A stretch of 64,000 bases of DNA from Myxococcales bacterium (GCA_016794505.1 JAEUJZ010000076.1:128001-192000); one strand, 5' to 3'; numbered from the stretch's first letter, positions 30,159 through 40,664 are shown. Numbers and translations are program-made. Notes: generated from the letters alone by a model not told the origin.

Positions 30159-31556
30159 ATGAGCGCTGAGCTGCTGTCTGAGTTTCCTTTTGCCATGACG
30201 TCGACAGAGCCCATCGCAGCAAAGGCGGGCAAGAAGCGCGGCAAAGGCAGCGCCACCGACGGGCTGATGCTGCGCATGTATAAGCTGGGGAACGGGCTGC
30301 GCGTGCTCTTGCTGGCCGATCCCTCGGCTCCGGTCTTGGCTTATCAGACGTGGTTCCGCGTCGGATCGCGCCACGAACAGGAAGGCAAGACCGGCCTCGC
30401 CCACCTGTTTGAACACCTGATGTTCAACGAGACCGAGCACCTGCCAGCCGGCGAGTTCGACCGTCAGATCGAGCGCCAAGGCGGCAGCACCAACGCCGCC
30501 ACCTGGGTCGACTGGACGTACTACCAAGACGACCTGCCCAAGAGCGAGCTAGAGCTTGCCGTGCGCCTAGAAGCCGAGCGCATGCAGCACCTGGTCATCC
30601 AGCGCCATCAGGTCGAGTCTGAGCGCGGGGTCGTGATCAGCGAGCGCCGCCTGCGCGTCGACGACGATGTCGACGGCTTCATGTCAGAAGAGCTGTTTCG
30701 CCTAGCCTTCGACAAGGGACACCCGTACCACTGGCCGACCATCGGCTGGATGCGCGACATCAAGCGCCTGTCCTTGCGCGATGCCATGGCCTTTTATCGA
30801 ACGTTCTATGCGCCGAACAACGCGCTCTTGGTTGTCGTCGGTGACATCGATGAAAAGCAGACGCTTTCGCTGATTGAAAAACACTATGGGCCGATCCCGG
30901 CACAGGCGCTGCCCAAGGGGCACTATCAGCCGCTTGCCGACCGCAAGCCGCAAGCCGCCGAGCGTCGTGCGCTGTTTAAAAAGCCGGTGCAAAGCGACAA
31001 GCTGCTCATGGGCTATCAAGCGCCTGCGTTTTCGTCGGACGAGCATGTCTGGCTCGACTTTTTGAGCGAGCTTTTGATGGGCTCGCACTCGTCGCCGATC
31101 CATCGCGATCTGGTGGTCGAGCGCGAGATCGCCACATCGATCGGCGGCAGCGTCACCCCGTTCCGCGATCGCGGCCTGTGGGAGATCTCGGCCTCGCTCA
31201 AGCGCGGGCACACCGCGGAAGAGCTGCTATCCCTGTTCGATGCCCACGTCGAGCGCGTAAAAAAAGAAGGCGTGCGCAGCGACGATGTCGAACGAACGCG
31301 AGCCCGCCTTTTGACCGAGTTTTATACCGGCATGCGCACCGCCCATGGCAAGGCGGCGCAGCTTGGTGAATTCGACACGGTGGCAGGCGACTATCGCACG
31401 CTGTTCGATGTGCCGGCGCAGCTACGCGCGGTGACCGCTGATCAGCTGCAAGCGGTGGCCCGCACGTATCTGCTTCCTGAGCGGCGCACGCTGCTGATCG
31501 TACGGCCTGAGACCCCCGCCCGCCGCAAAGCGGCGCAACAAGTGGAGCGTGCCTAA
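30159..31556 (+). CDS. M16 family zinc peptidase (insulinase-like, catalytic subunit)
   Basis: Inverted zinc motif 'HLFEHLMFNETEH' (HxxEH...E). Confidence 0.85.
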   Translation: MSAELLSEFPFAMTSTEPIAAKAGKKRGKGSATDGLMLRMYKLGNGLRVLLLADPSAPVLAYQTWFRVGSRHEQEGKTGLAHLFEHLMFNETEHLPAGEFDRQIERQGGSTNAATWVDWTYYQDDLPKSELELAVRLEAERMQHLVIQRHQVESERGVVISERRLRVDDDVDGFMSEELFRLAFDKGHPYHWPTIGWMRDIKRLSLRDAMAFYRTFYAPNNALLVVVGDIDEKQTLSLIEKHYGPIPAQALPKGHYQPLADRKPQAAERRALFKKPVQSDKLLMGYQAPAFSSDEHVWLDFLSELLMGSHSSPIHRDLVVEREIATSIGGSVTPFRDRGLWEISASLKRGHTAEELLSLFDAHVERVKKEGVRSDDVERTRARLLTEFYTGMRTAHGKAAQLGEFDTVAGDYRTLFDVPAQLRAVTADQLQAVARTYLLPERRTLLIVRPETPARRKAAQQVERA

Positions 31557-32941
31557 TGGCGGCCACGTCGAAAAAAAAACAGCCCAGCTCGACGCAGGCG
31601 AAGCTGATCCTGGAACAGAACCACAGCCTGCCCTTGTGCCGGGTGCAAGTGACGCTGCGCACAGGTGCCGCCAGCGACGCCAAGCCCGGACCCGAGCTGG
31701 GCTTGGGCAAGCTGCCCGACGGCGCCATGGCCGGCCTGTGCAACTATGTGACCGAGCTTCAGCGACGCGGAGCCGGGGGCAAGACGCGGGCTCAGCTCGA
31801 AGATGCCATCGATGCCTTGGGCGCGTCGGTGCAGGTTCTGTGCTGGCATGACTCGGTGCTGTTCGAGGCGATGGCGCTCAAAGAACACATCGATGCGGCC
31901 TGCGCCATCCTTGCCGATGTCCTTGCGCGTCCCGACTTTTCCCAAAGCGAAAGCGACAAGCTGCGGCGCGAGCTAGACGCCAACCTAGACGATCTGCGCG
32001 ACGACGATGGATCGCTGGCCGGGCGCTTTTTTGCCCGCGCCCTGTACGGCAGTCACCCGTATGCTCTGCCCGTTGGCGGCACGCACGACAGCATCGCGCG
32101 CTATCGCGTCGATCTGGCGCGCACCTGGTTTTCCCATCATCTGGTCGCGGGAAACGTCGTCTATGGCGTCTCGGGCGCGCTGGGCGAAGACGAAGCGCAG
32201 GCTCTTTTGGCGCGCCACTTCACAGGCGCTGCCAAGGCCCTGCCCGCCGGCCCCGTCCGCGACGTGGATCTAAGCCCGCCCCCCGTGGCGAAAAAAGCCC
32301 GCCGCAGGCTGCGCGTCGTCGTTGTCGACAAGCCCAACCGCACGCAGTCGCAGATCTATATGGGTCAGCTGGCGCCACACTGGCGCGATGCTCACTATCT
32401 GCCGCTTCTGGTTTCCACGACGGCATTTGGCGGAACCTTTACCGCTCGCTTGATGGATGAAGTGCGCGTCAAGCGCGGCCTTTCGTATGGCGCGTCGGCG
32501 CGCTTGGGCCAAGGACGCGGGGTGCGCGGCCTGGTGGTCCACGTCATGCCGTCCGCCGAGCAGACCGGCGAGACGCTCGAGCTGATCCTGCGCCTGTATC
32601 GCGAGTGGGCCGAAGGTGGCCTGCGTCCCGAGGAGGTCGCGTTCAGCAAGGGCTATCTGCAAAAGAGCCACGCCTTTACCATCCAGACCGCCGACGATCG
32701 CTTGGCGCTGCGCACGCGCCTGCTGCTCTGCGATATGCCGCAGGGCTATGTCACCGACTTCCCCGAGCGCATCGCTGCCGTCGACGAAAAAGCCATTCGC
32801 CAGGCGATGGATGCCTGTCTGCACCCCGACGAGCTCGTCGTGACGCTGGTGGCCACGGCGAAAAATGTCCTGCCGCAGCTTGCCAAGATCGCCGCCCTTA
32901 AGAACGCCGAGATCGAGGTCCTGCCCTTCGATAGCTATTAG
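31556..32941 (+). CDS. M16 family peptidase (second, likely non-catalytic partner)
   Basis: M16 fold-like sequence with no HxxEH motif. Its start overlaps the upstream stop (TAATG). Confidence 0.75.
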   Translation: MAATSKKKQPSSTQAKLILEQNHSLPLCRVQVTLRTGAASDAKPGPELGLGKLPDGAMAGLCNYVTELQRRGAGGKTRAQLEDAIDALGASVQVLCWHDSVLFEAMALKEHIDAACAILADVLARPDFSQSESDKLRRELDANLDDLRDDDGSLAGRFFARALYGSHPYALPVGGTHDSIARYRVDLARTWFSHHLVAGNVVYGVSGALGEDEAQALLARHFTGAAKALPAGPVRDVDLSPPPVAKKARRRLRVVVVDKPNRTQSQIYMGQLAPHWRDAHYLPLLVSTTAFGGTFTARLMDEVRVKRGLSYGASARLGQGRGVRGLVVHVMPSAEQTGETLELILRLYREWAEGGLRPEEVAFSKGYLQKSHAFTIQTADDRLALRTRLLLCDMPQGYVTDFPERIAAVDEKAIRQAMDACLHPDELVVTLVATAKNVLPQLAKIAALKNAEIEVLPFDSY

Positions 32942-33044
32942 GCAGCGGCGACGGCAAGCCCAGTATAAATTAACATATATTGTTCGATATTTCTTTTATA
33001 TTCGTATTTATTAATTGACGCATTCATTTCTAATTATTCAACAT

Positions 33045-33069
33045 GCATTCACTGCCACGCAGTGAATCC
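33045..33069. repeat. 8-bp perfect inverted repeat in AT-rich island upstream of the Tat-signal oxidoreductase
   Basis: 'ATTCACTG-ccacg-CAGTGAAT' at 33047-33067. It is preceded by AT-rich sequence containing TTGACG (~33015). Confidence 0.6.
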
Positions 33070-33098
33070 TGCCGACATCTAAGCAGAGCTGCAGCTGG

Positions 33099-34784
33099 AT
33101 GGCACCGTCGGCTGCGGCCCTGCATTTGTCTCAGAAGCCCGCCAAGAGCTGGATAGGAGAGTCCATGATCCGTCGACGCGCGTTCTTGCAGTCTGCATCC
33201 CTCGGTGGCTTGGCCCTTGGATCGGGCTTGGCAAGCTCGCTGTGGTCACGCTCGGCGCAGGCCATCCCGCTGCCGCCGCGCCTGATCCTGCCGGAAAACC
33301 CCCGCGACCCGCTGCGCCTGCCGTCGGGAAAAAAGAAGTCCGTGCTGATCATCGGCGGCGGACTGGCTGGCCTGTCAGCCGCGCTTGAGCTGGCTGAGCG
33401 CGGCTATCAAGTGACGCTGCGCGAGGCTTCGTCCGTGCTAGGGGGGCGCTTAGCCACGCGCCGCATCAAGCTGCCAGTGGGCGAGTTTTCCGTCGAGCAC
33501 GGCCTGCACATGTGGTTTGACAACTATCACGTGTGCAAGGAAATCCACGCGCGCCTGGGCGTACACAAGTACTTCCGACCGTACAACCAAGTTCACTTCC
33601 AGTACCGCACGTACAAGCCGGAAGTCCTCGAATCGAACCCGCCGCGCTATCCCGAAAACATGCTCAAGCTCATCGAGCGCTCGCCGAACCTGAACCTGCT
33701 CGATGCCCTGGCCAACTTAAAGACGCTGGCCGACTCGATGTTTTATGACCACGCCACCAACACGGCGCGCTTCGATGGACAGACGCTGCGGGCTTGGGCC
33801 CGCTCGCGCGGGGTCAACAACAAGTTCTATGACGTCATCCTGCAGCCGGCCGCATCGGTGACGCTGAACGATCCTGAAAAGATCAGCGCCGCCGCGATGC
33901 TGGAGCTCATGCACCTGTACTTTGTCGGCCAGCCCAAGGCGATGAACCGCCAGATCACAACGGTCGATCACCACACGGCGGTGATTGGCCCGTGGGAAGC
34001 GCGGCTGCGCTATCTGGGCGTGCGCATCGAGCTATCGCGTCCGGTCAAGGGCCTGCGCATTCAGCTCGATCGCGCGCTCGGCGAAGTCGGCAGCAGCGAG
34101 ACCTTTGATGCCGTGGTGCTGGCCACCGATGTGAAAGGCACGCAGAGTGTGCTCGCGGGATCCGTGGCGCTCGACAGCCCAGCCGCTGAGTCGCTGGCCG
34201 ACCTCAAGGCCAAGGTGGGCGCGATGCGCGTGGCGCCGCCGTACAAGATCTTGCGCGTGTGGCTTGACAAGCAGCCGCGCGCCGAGGTGCCCGACGTGCT
34301 TGAGACGCCGCAGCACCGCCCGATCAACCTGCTCGCGCAGTACCACTTGCTGGAAGAAGAGTCGCGCGACTTCGCGCAGCGAACCGGCGGATCGGTGCTG
34401 GAGTTTCACCTGTACGCGAACCCGCTTCTGTCTGTGGTGCCCGACGATGCGCTGTGGCCGCTGGTCCGCGTCGTCGCGCTGGAGCTCATGCCCGAGCTAG
34501 CGAGCGCCAAGCTCTTGGCGCGCACCGTTGGTTCATACAGCAACTTCACATCGTTTGAGGTCGGCCAAGGCACGGCGCGCCCGACGAGCCGCTATGCCAG
34601 CGAAAACGGCGTCGAGAACCTCTCGCTGTGCGGCGACTGGGTCGGCACGCCGCAGTATCCAACGGCGCTGATGGAGCGCGCCGTGGTCACAGGTCGCGAG
34701 GCAGCCAACGCCATCCTGCTTTCGGACCATGTGCGGCAAGTGCCGTACTGGGTCACGGCCTCGCGAGGGCCAGGACTGATCTAG
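33099..34784 (+). CDS. Tat-signal FAD/NAD(P)-binding oxidoreductase (amine oxidase/phytoene desaturase-like)
   Basis: 'RRRAFLQSASLGGLALGSGLA' twin-arginine signal. 'VLIIGGGLAGLSAALELAERGYQVTLREAS' dinucleotide-binding motif. The true start may be the Met at 33165. Confidence 0.7.
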   Translation: MAPSAAALHLSQKPAKSWIGESMIRRRAFLQSASLGGLALGSGLASSLWSRSAQAIPLPPRLILPENPRDPLRLPSGKKKSVLIIGGGLAGLSAALELAERGYQVTLREASSVLGGRLATRRIKLPVGEFSVEHGLHMWFDNYHVCKEIHARLGVHKYFRPYNQVHFQYRTYKPEVLESNPPRYPENMLKLIERSPNLNLLDALANLKTLADSMFYDHATNTARFDGQTLRAWARSRGVNNKFYDVILQPAASVTLNDPEKISAAAMLELMHLYFVGQPKAMNRQITTVDHHTAVIGPWEARLRYLGVRIELSRPVKGLRIQLDRALGEVGSSETFDAVVLATDVKGTQSVLAGSVALDSPAAESLADLKAKVGAMRVAPPYKILRVWLDKQPRAEVPDVLETPQHRPINLLAQYHLLEEESRDFAQRTGGSVLEFHLYANPLLSVVPDDALWPLVRVVALELMPELASAKLLARTVGSYSNFTSFEVGQGTARPTSRYASENGVENLSLCGDWVGTPQYPTALMERAVVTGREAANAILLSDHVRQVPYWVTASRGPGLI

Positions 34785-34797
34785 GCAGGTCCGGCGA

Positions 34798-37098
34798 ATG
34801 CGGCGAAATCTCCGACGATGGATGCTGGGTCTTGCCCTGGGACTGTGCGCAGCGCTCGCGGCTTTTGTGCTGTGCGATGCGGTATGGCTACAGCCGACGC
34901 CCTATGGTGCGCTGACGCTGAGCGCCGATGTCCCAGCCCGCACGCAGCTTGGCGACTTTGAGCTTCTGGTGAGCGGTGGCAGCGACCGACCGCGCGTGGT
35001 GCTGCGACACGCAAGCGGACGCGAGGTTTTCGCGAGCCTGCCGGGGCGCGCCTTTGTCGTGGCAGCCCACAACGATGATGTTTTTTCTGAGTCGCGGGGC
35101 ATGGTTCGGGTCCGCAGCACGACCCGTCTGCGCTGCACGAAGCAGACGCTAAAGCGGCTGATCCGCGAAGAACATCGCGCCGTGCTCGAAGGCGAGCTGA
35201 GCTGTTCCAAGGGCACTCTGCCCTGGCGCATGCAGTTCGAAGCGGCACGCGAGCCGGGGGCCGAAAAGGCCGTGGCCTTTGCGCTGCGCCTGTTGCCAGC
35301 GACTGGCTCGGCTCTGTCCGACGTGCGCACGGTGGCGTTGGTTGCCGCCTCAAGCGCCGACGAAGGCCACTATGGCTTTGGCGAGCAGTTCACGTACTTT
35401 AACCAGAAAGGTCGACGCCTGCCGATTGTCGCATCGGAACAAGGCGTGGGGCGTGGCCTGCAGCCGATCACTCTCGGGGCCGACGTGACCGCAGGCGGCG
35501 CCGGAGGAAGCTGGCATACGTCCTATGCTGGCGTGCCGCACTTCGTGACCTCGGCGCTGCGTGGCCTGCTCTTGAGCACGCATGACTATGCCGTCTTTGA
35601 CATGCGTCGCGACGAAGCCACCGTGATCGAGCTGCGCGCATCGCCACAAGGCGAGCCGGCCATGCGCGGCTGGTTTCTGACTGGCGAAAGTCCGCTCGAT
35701 CTGATCACGACGACGACTGCGCTAACAGGACGCATGCGCCGACTGCCAGACTGGATCGGCAAAGGCGCCATCATCGGCCTGCAAGGCGGCACGCAGGTCG
35801 TGCGCGAAGCCGTGGCCCAGCTTCAGGCCGAGCGGATTCCGGTAAGTGCGCTGTGGCTGCAAGACTGGGTCGGGCAGCGCACCACCAGCTTTGGCAAGCA
35901 GCTTTGGTGGAACTGGACGCTCGATCAGAAGCGCTACCCCGAGTGGCAGAAGCTCGTCGCCGACCTGCGCGCTCAAGGCATCCACGTGATGACGTATGTG
36001 AACCCATTTCTGGTCGATGTCGAAGAGCGCAGGGCCGAGCAAGGCGCCGCGTACCGCAACCTGTTCGCCGAGGCGCGCGAGCGCGGCTATCTGGTGAAGC
36101 GGCAGGATGGCTCACCCTATCTACTCCTCAACACCAGCTTTTCGGCAGGGCTCTTGGATCTGACGAATCCTTCGGCATACGCGTGGATGAAACAGGTGCT
36201 GCGCAGCGAGGTGATCGCAGCCGGCGCACTCGGCTGGATGGCGGACTTTGGCGAAGCGTTCCCAGTTGATGCCGTCACGCACCAAGCGGTCGATGCAGTG
36301 GCCCACCACAACGCCTATCCCGAGCTGTGGGCGAAGCTGAACCGCGAGGCGATCGAAGAAGCGGGCCTGGGCGACGAGGCCACGTTCTTCAGTCGCTCGG
36401 GGTATACCCAGTCACCGCGGTACAGCACGCTGTTCTGGCTGGGCGATCAGCTGGTGACCTGGGATGCACACGACGGCATCAAGACCGCGGTCACTGGGCT
36501 GCTTAGCTCGGGCCTGTCCGGCTTTTCCTTCAACCACTCGGACATCGGTGGGTATACGACGATTAATAGTCCAATCGCCAACTATCACCGCAGCAAAGAG
36601 CTGCACATGCGCTGGGCCGAGCTGTCGGCGTTTACCGCGGTGTTTCGCACGCACCAAGGCAACCGACCGCACGAGAACTGGCAGTACAACAGCGATCGGC
36701 AGACGCTCTTGCACTTCGCGCGCATGGCCCGCCTGTACGCCTGCTTGGGCCCGTATCGGCAGGCGCTCATGCGCGAAGCCAGCGAAAAAGGCTGGCCACT
36801 GGTGCGGCATCCCTGGCTGCACTATCCAGACGAGCCAGCCTTTCGCGATCTCGATCACAGCCAGCTCCTTTTAGGATCCGATCTTCTGTTCGCGCCGGTT
36901 CTGGATGCCGGGCGCACGCAGGTCGATGTGGTTCTGCCCGATGCGACATGGATCGATGCCCGAAGCGGTCAGGCTCCGGGAAGAGGCCGCCATCGCATCG
37001 CGGCCCCGCTGGGCCAGCCCGCTGTCTTTGTCCGCGGCGATCGCCCGACAGCTCCCATGCTGCGCGCCTGCATCGCTGAAACAGACAACGCACTCTGA
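34798..37098 (+). CDS. glycoside hydrolase family 31 protein
   Basis: 766 aa. 'WLQDWVG', 'WMADFGEAFP' and 'FNHSDIGGY' resemble GH31 catalytic-region motifs. N-terminal hydrophobic signal. Confidence 0.75.
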   Translation: MRRNLRRWMLGLALGLCAALAAFVLCDAVWLQPTPYGALTLSADVPARTQLGDFELLVSGGSDRPRVVLRHASGREVFASLPGRAFVVAAHNDDVFSESRGMVRVRSTTRLRCTKQTLKRLIREEHRAVLEGELSCSKGTLPWRMQFEAAREPGAEKAVAFALRLLPATGSALSDVRTVALVAASSADEGHYGFGEQFTYFNQKGRRLPIVASEQGVGRGLQPITLGADVTAGGAGGSWHTSYAGVPHFVTSALRGLLLSTHDYAVFDMRRDEATVIELRASPQGEPAMRGWFLTGESPLDLITTTTALTGRMRRLPDWIGKGAIIGLQGGTQVVREAVAQLQAERIPVSALWLQDWVGQRTTSFGKQLWWNWTLDQKRYPEWQKLVADLRAQGIHVMTYVNPFLVDVEERRAEQGAAYRNLFAEARERGYLVKRQDGSPYLLLNTSFSAGLLDLTNPSAYAWMKQVLRSEVIAAGALGWMADFGEAFPVDAVTHQAVDAVAHHNAYPELWAKLNREAIEEAGLGDEATFFSRSGYTQSPRYSTLFWLGDQLVTWDAHDGIKTAVTGLLSSGLSGFSFNHSDIGGYTTINSPIANYHRSKELHMRWAELSAFTAVFRTHQGNRPHENWQYNSDRQTLLHFARMARLYACLGPYRQALMREASEKGWPLVRHPWLHYPDEPAFRDLDHSQLLLGSDLLFAPVLDAGRTQVDVVLPDATWIDARSGQAPGRGRHRIAAPLGQPAVFVRGDRPTAPMLRACIAETDNAL

Positions 37099-37153
37099 GC
37101 CAGCCGATTTGGCCGACGCGCTTCACCGCGCAGCCCGCGCTCGCAGTGCCGGG

Positions 37154-37531
37154 TCATGAGTCGCTGAAAAAAAGGACGCTGGGATCGGCCGCGTCCCTGG
37201 CCAGCACGCCCATCTGGCACAGCTCTGAGAGGACGGCCAGCGTGAAGTCGCCGACGTCGGATGGAGTGATCCAAGACATCCACTTCACGCTGTCAAGCGA
37301 TGTTCCCGACGGCAGGATGTCGAGCGCGAGGGCGATACGGTGCTGCAGCCGATCGATATCGATCGGCACACCGGGAGCTTCGCGCGGGATATCGACATAG
37401 CGATGGCGATACGCTTCCGGCTGCGCCCGAAAGACGCAGTGCCAAACGACAAACTCGGTCACCTCGACGGTGACGCACTCGGTTGCATCCTTGGGAACCG
37501 GCGATAACACGCGGCACGGCAGCTGCCACAT
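37154..37531 (-). CDS. hypothetical protein (uncertain)
   Basis: 125-aa ORF in the 500-bp gap between GH31 and the SDR gene. GC3 is only moderately elevated, and it overlaps the competing + ORF 37146-37400. Confidence 0.2.
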   Translation of the reverse strand: MWQLPCRVLSPVPKDATECVTVEVTEFVVWHCVFRAQPEAYRHRYVDIPREAPGVPIDIDRLQHRIALALDILPSGTSLDSVKWMSWITPSDVGDFTLAVLSELCQMGVLARDAADPSVLFFSDS

Positions 37532-37613
37532 GACACACAGCGCATCGCACAGAGCCGCGGCGCGAGCTCATCATTTCCGCGCCTGCCGCACGCGATCGGC
37601 TGTACAAAACGAC

Positions 37614-38462
37614 ATGGCTCAGGCTCGCAAAATGGATGCAGCGCCCAGCACGCCCGGCCCTGCGCTAGGCATTGCCTTGGTCACGGGCGCTTGTTCAGGC
37701 ATCGGCCGCGCACTCGCAGAACAGCTTGGAGCGCGCGGGCATGATCTGATCCTGGTCAGTCAGCGCCCCGCCGAGCTAGCGCAGACCGCTGCCGCGATCA
37801 CGGCCCGTCATGGCGTGTCTGCGCATGATGTGGTCTGCGATCTCGCCCGACCTCAGGCCGCCGAAGAGCTGTTCGCAGCCGTCCATGCGCGCGGTCTTTC
37901 CGTCGACATCTTGGTCAGCAATGCCGGGTTCTTTTTCTTTGGCGAAGCCGTCGATGCCGCACTGCCACAGGCCAACGCCATGCTGCAGCTTCACGTGGTG
38001 ACGCCGTCGCTTTTGTGTACGCTGTTTGGCCGCCCGATGCGGGCGCGCCGTCGTGGACACATTCTTTTGGTGTCGAGCATCTCGGCCTTCCGCGACGTTC
38101 CCAGCATCAGCTACTACGGCAGCAGCAAGAAGTACCTGCGCGGCTTCGCAGCCAGTCTGCGCAGCGAGCTTGGTGTCTATGGCGTAAACGTCACCTGCTT
38201 GACGCCAGGAGCCACCGCCACCGCGCTGTACGATCCGAACGTGGTGCCGGTGGATCTCGCGACGCGCTTGGGCGTAATGATGGACGCAAAAGAGGTCGCA
38301 GCCGCTGGACTGCAGGCGCTGTTCGAGCGGCGGGCCGAGTGCATCCCCGGTCGCATGAACCGCCTGCTGGCACATACCGCTGCGCTGCTGCCGCAGGCCG
38401 TGATCGATGCTGCGCGCCGTCATGCACCGTGGCTTCCGCCCATCAAACAGCCGCCGCGCTAG
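37614..38462 (+). CDS. SDR family oxidoreductase
   Basis: 'ALVTGACSGIGRALAEQL' (TGxxxGIG), 'NAG' and 'YYGSSKKYL' (YxxxK) are SDR motifs. Start taken at an internal Met of the tracked ORF. Confidence 0.8.
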   Translation: MAQARKMDAAPSTPGPALGIALVTGACSGIGRALAEQLGARGHDLILVSQRPAELAQTAAAITARHGVSAHDVVCDLARPQAAEELFAAVHARGLSVDILVSNAGFFFFGEAVDAALPQANAMLQLHVVTPSLLCTLFGRPMRARRRGHILLVSSISAFRDVPSISYYGSSKKYLRGFAASLRSELGVYGVNVTCLTPGATATALYDPNVVPVDLATRLGVMMDAKEVAAAGLQALFERRAECIPGRMNRLLAHTAALLPQAVIDAARRHAPWLPPIKQPPR

Positions 38463-38513
38463 TGGGCTATCGCTGCTCGCTCTGCGGCGCATTTTCCGTC
38501 GAGACAACACCGC

Positions 38514-40664
38514 TTGATGCTCTATTCTGCGACCCTCTTACTCTCTAGCTTTCTGCTGTTTTTGGTGCAGCCGATTGTGGGAAAGCAGATCGTGCCGTGG
38601 TTCGGTGGAACCGCGGCGGTGTGGTGTACCTGCCTGGTGTTCTTTCAGCTCGCGCTGCTCGCCGGGTATGCCTATTCCGATCGATCGAGCCGTCTGCGCG
38701 CCGCGACCCAAAGCAGCCTGCACATTGCGATCTTGCTGCTCAGCCTGGCGTCGCTGCCGATCGTGGTCGATGCCAGTTGGAAGCCTCGCGGCGACGAAGA
38801 TCCGCAGGTCCGCATCGTGTGTCTGTTGGCTGCGACCCTGGGCCTGCCGTACGTTCTGCTGTCGACCACAAGCCCGCTTCTGCAGTCATGGATCGCCCGC
38901 GAGCAAGTGGATGCAGCGACCGCGCAGCGCGTGTATCGCTTCTTTGCGCTGTCGAACATCGGATCCCTTTTGGGTCTGCTTTCGTATCCCTTTGTCATCG
39001 AGCCGCGAGTCGCCACGCGAACCCAGGCCATCGTCTGGAGTCTGGCGTACGCCCTGTACACGCTGCTTGCCATCGCCTGTGCCCTGCGTGCGCGACGCAG
39101 CGCAGCGACGACAGTGGCCGCCGCACGAATCGCCGCAAGAACGACATCAGAGCCTACTGCGACACCACAGGTCACCGCCCCGGATCCGCCGCCGCGCGCC
39201 GACGATTTGCTGCGCTGGTTCGTGCTTTCGTGCCTTGCTTCCGTGCTGCTTTTGTCGGTGTCGAATCACCTCACGCAGAACATCGCCTCGATCCCCTTTC
39301 TGTGGGTGCTGCCCCTTGCGCTGTATCTGCTGTCGTTTGTGCTGGTGTTTGAAGGGCGCGGCGGACGCGGCTATTACCTGCGCGCGGCGTGGATCGCACC
39401 GACGCTGATTCTGCTTGCGCTCATGTCCTGGGGCTTGGTTGAACGAAGCGGCCTGCTCAAGCTTTCGCTCGCCATTCCGCTGTACAGCCTGGGCCTGCTC
39501 GCAAGCTGCACGTTCTGTCACGGCGAGCTTGCCGCGACCAAGCCGGCCTCGCGCTACCTGACGCGTTTTTATCTGGTGATGTCGCTGGGCGGAGCCGCCG
39601 GAGGACTGCTCGTCAGCCTGGTCGCGCCCACGCTGTTCGTCGCCTATCTTGAGCTGCCGCTTGCGCTGCTTTTCTGCGCGCTGCTTGCGCTGTGGCTGAC
39701 CTGGCCACGCCGTCGCATCTCAGGCGATGCCACACGGCCGCCCATCCCATCGTCGCGCACCGCCCTCGCAAGACGCACCCGGCCCTGGCTGGCCCCGCTG
39801 CTGGCGCTGTCCACTGCGCTGATCTGCGGCCACTATCTGCGCGCGTTTGTGCGCGATGTGCAGAAGCGCAATGTCTTTGCGGCGCGCAACTTTTATGGCG
39901 TGCTGCGCGTCGTGCAGAACGCCCCGGACAGCGATCCGCAGGCCATTCGTCGCTTGCTGCACGGCGCCATCATCCACGGCGAACAGCACCTGGATCCCGC
40001 GCGGCGCAGCCACGTAATGAGCTATTTCGGCAAGACCTCGGGGCTGGGTCTGGCGCTGCGCAGGGCCCCAAGCGGTCCACGCCGCATCGGTGTGCTGGGC
40101 CTCGGTGTCGGCACCATCGCCGCGTACGGGCGCACGGGCGACACGTTTCGCATGTACGAGATCAACCCGCAGGTCTTGCAGGTCGCTTCTCGCTATTTCT
40201 TTTTCCTGTCTGAAAGCCAAGCCCAGATCGAGACCGTGCTCGGGGATGCGCGACTGGTCTTGGAACGCGAAGCGCCGCAGCAGTTCGATGTCTTGGCCGT
40301 CGATGCGTTTTCGGGCGACTCCATTCCCATTCACTTGCTGACGCAGGAAGCGCTGCGCCTGTATCTGCGGCACATCAAGCCCGACGGTGTGCTGGCCTTC
40401 AATGTCACCAATCGCTACGTCAACGTCGCCCCCGTGGTGCAAAAGCTCGCCAGCGATGCGGGCTATCCGGCATTTTTGATCAGCGATAACGCCGAAGACG
40501 ACCTCCACGACGAGCTGTTCCAAAGCGACTGGGTGATCGTCAGCAAGAACGCGGCGCTGCTCGCCGACGAAGAAGTGCTGCAGCGTCGCACGCCTATCCC
40601 AGAGATCCCCGGCCTGCGCAGCTTTACCGACGACTTCAGCCATTTATTTCAGATCTTGAAGTAA
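38514..40664 (+). CDS. fused MFS-type membrane domain/spermidine synthase-like protein
   Basis: ~11 N-terminal TM helices, then a C-terminal spermidine-synthase-like methyltransferase fold ('VLGLGVGTIAAY', 'VLAVDAFSGDSIP'). Confidence 0.75.
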   Translation: MMLYSATLLLSSFLLFLVQPIVGKQIVPWFGGTAAVWCTCLVFFQLALLAGYAYSDRSSRLRAATQSSLHIAILLLSLASLPIVVDASWKPRGDEDPQVRIVCLLAATLGLPYVLLSTTSPLLQSWIAREQVDAATAQRVYRFFALSNIGSLLGLLSYPFVIEPRVATRTQAIVWSLAYALYTLLAIACALRARRSAATTVAAARIAARTTSEPTATPQVTAPDPPPRADDLLRWFVLSCLASVLLLSVSNHLTQNIASIPFLWVLPLALYLLSFVLVFEGRGGRGYYLRAAWIAPTLILLALMSWGLVERSGLLKLSLAIPLYSLGLLASCTFCHGELAATKPASRYLTRFYLVMSLGGAAGGLLVSLVAPTLFVAYLELPLALLFCALLALWLTWPRRRISGDATRPPIPSSRTALARRTRPWLAPLLALSTALICGHYLRAFVRDVQKRNVFAARNFYGVLRVVQNAPDSDPQAIRRLLHGAIIHGEQHLDPARRSHVMSYFGKTSGLGLALRRAPSGPRRIGVLGLGVGTIAAYGRTGDTFRMYEINPQVLQVASRYFFFLSESQAQIETVLGDARLVLEREAPQQFDVLAVDAFSGDSIPIHLLTQEALRLYLRHIKPDGVLAFNVTNRYVNVAPVVQKLASDAGYPAFLISDNAEDDLHDELFQSDWVIVSKNAALLADEEVLQRRTPIPEIPGLRSFTDDFSHLFQILK

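Noticed and set aside
37146-37400. 84-aa plus-strand ORF overlapping the 37154-37531 minus ORF
   Set aside because: The two ORFs are mutually exclusive and neither has recognisable motifs. Both kept at very low confidence; this may be an untranslated intergenic region.
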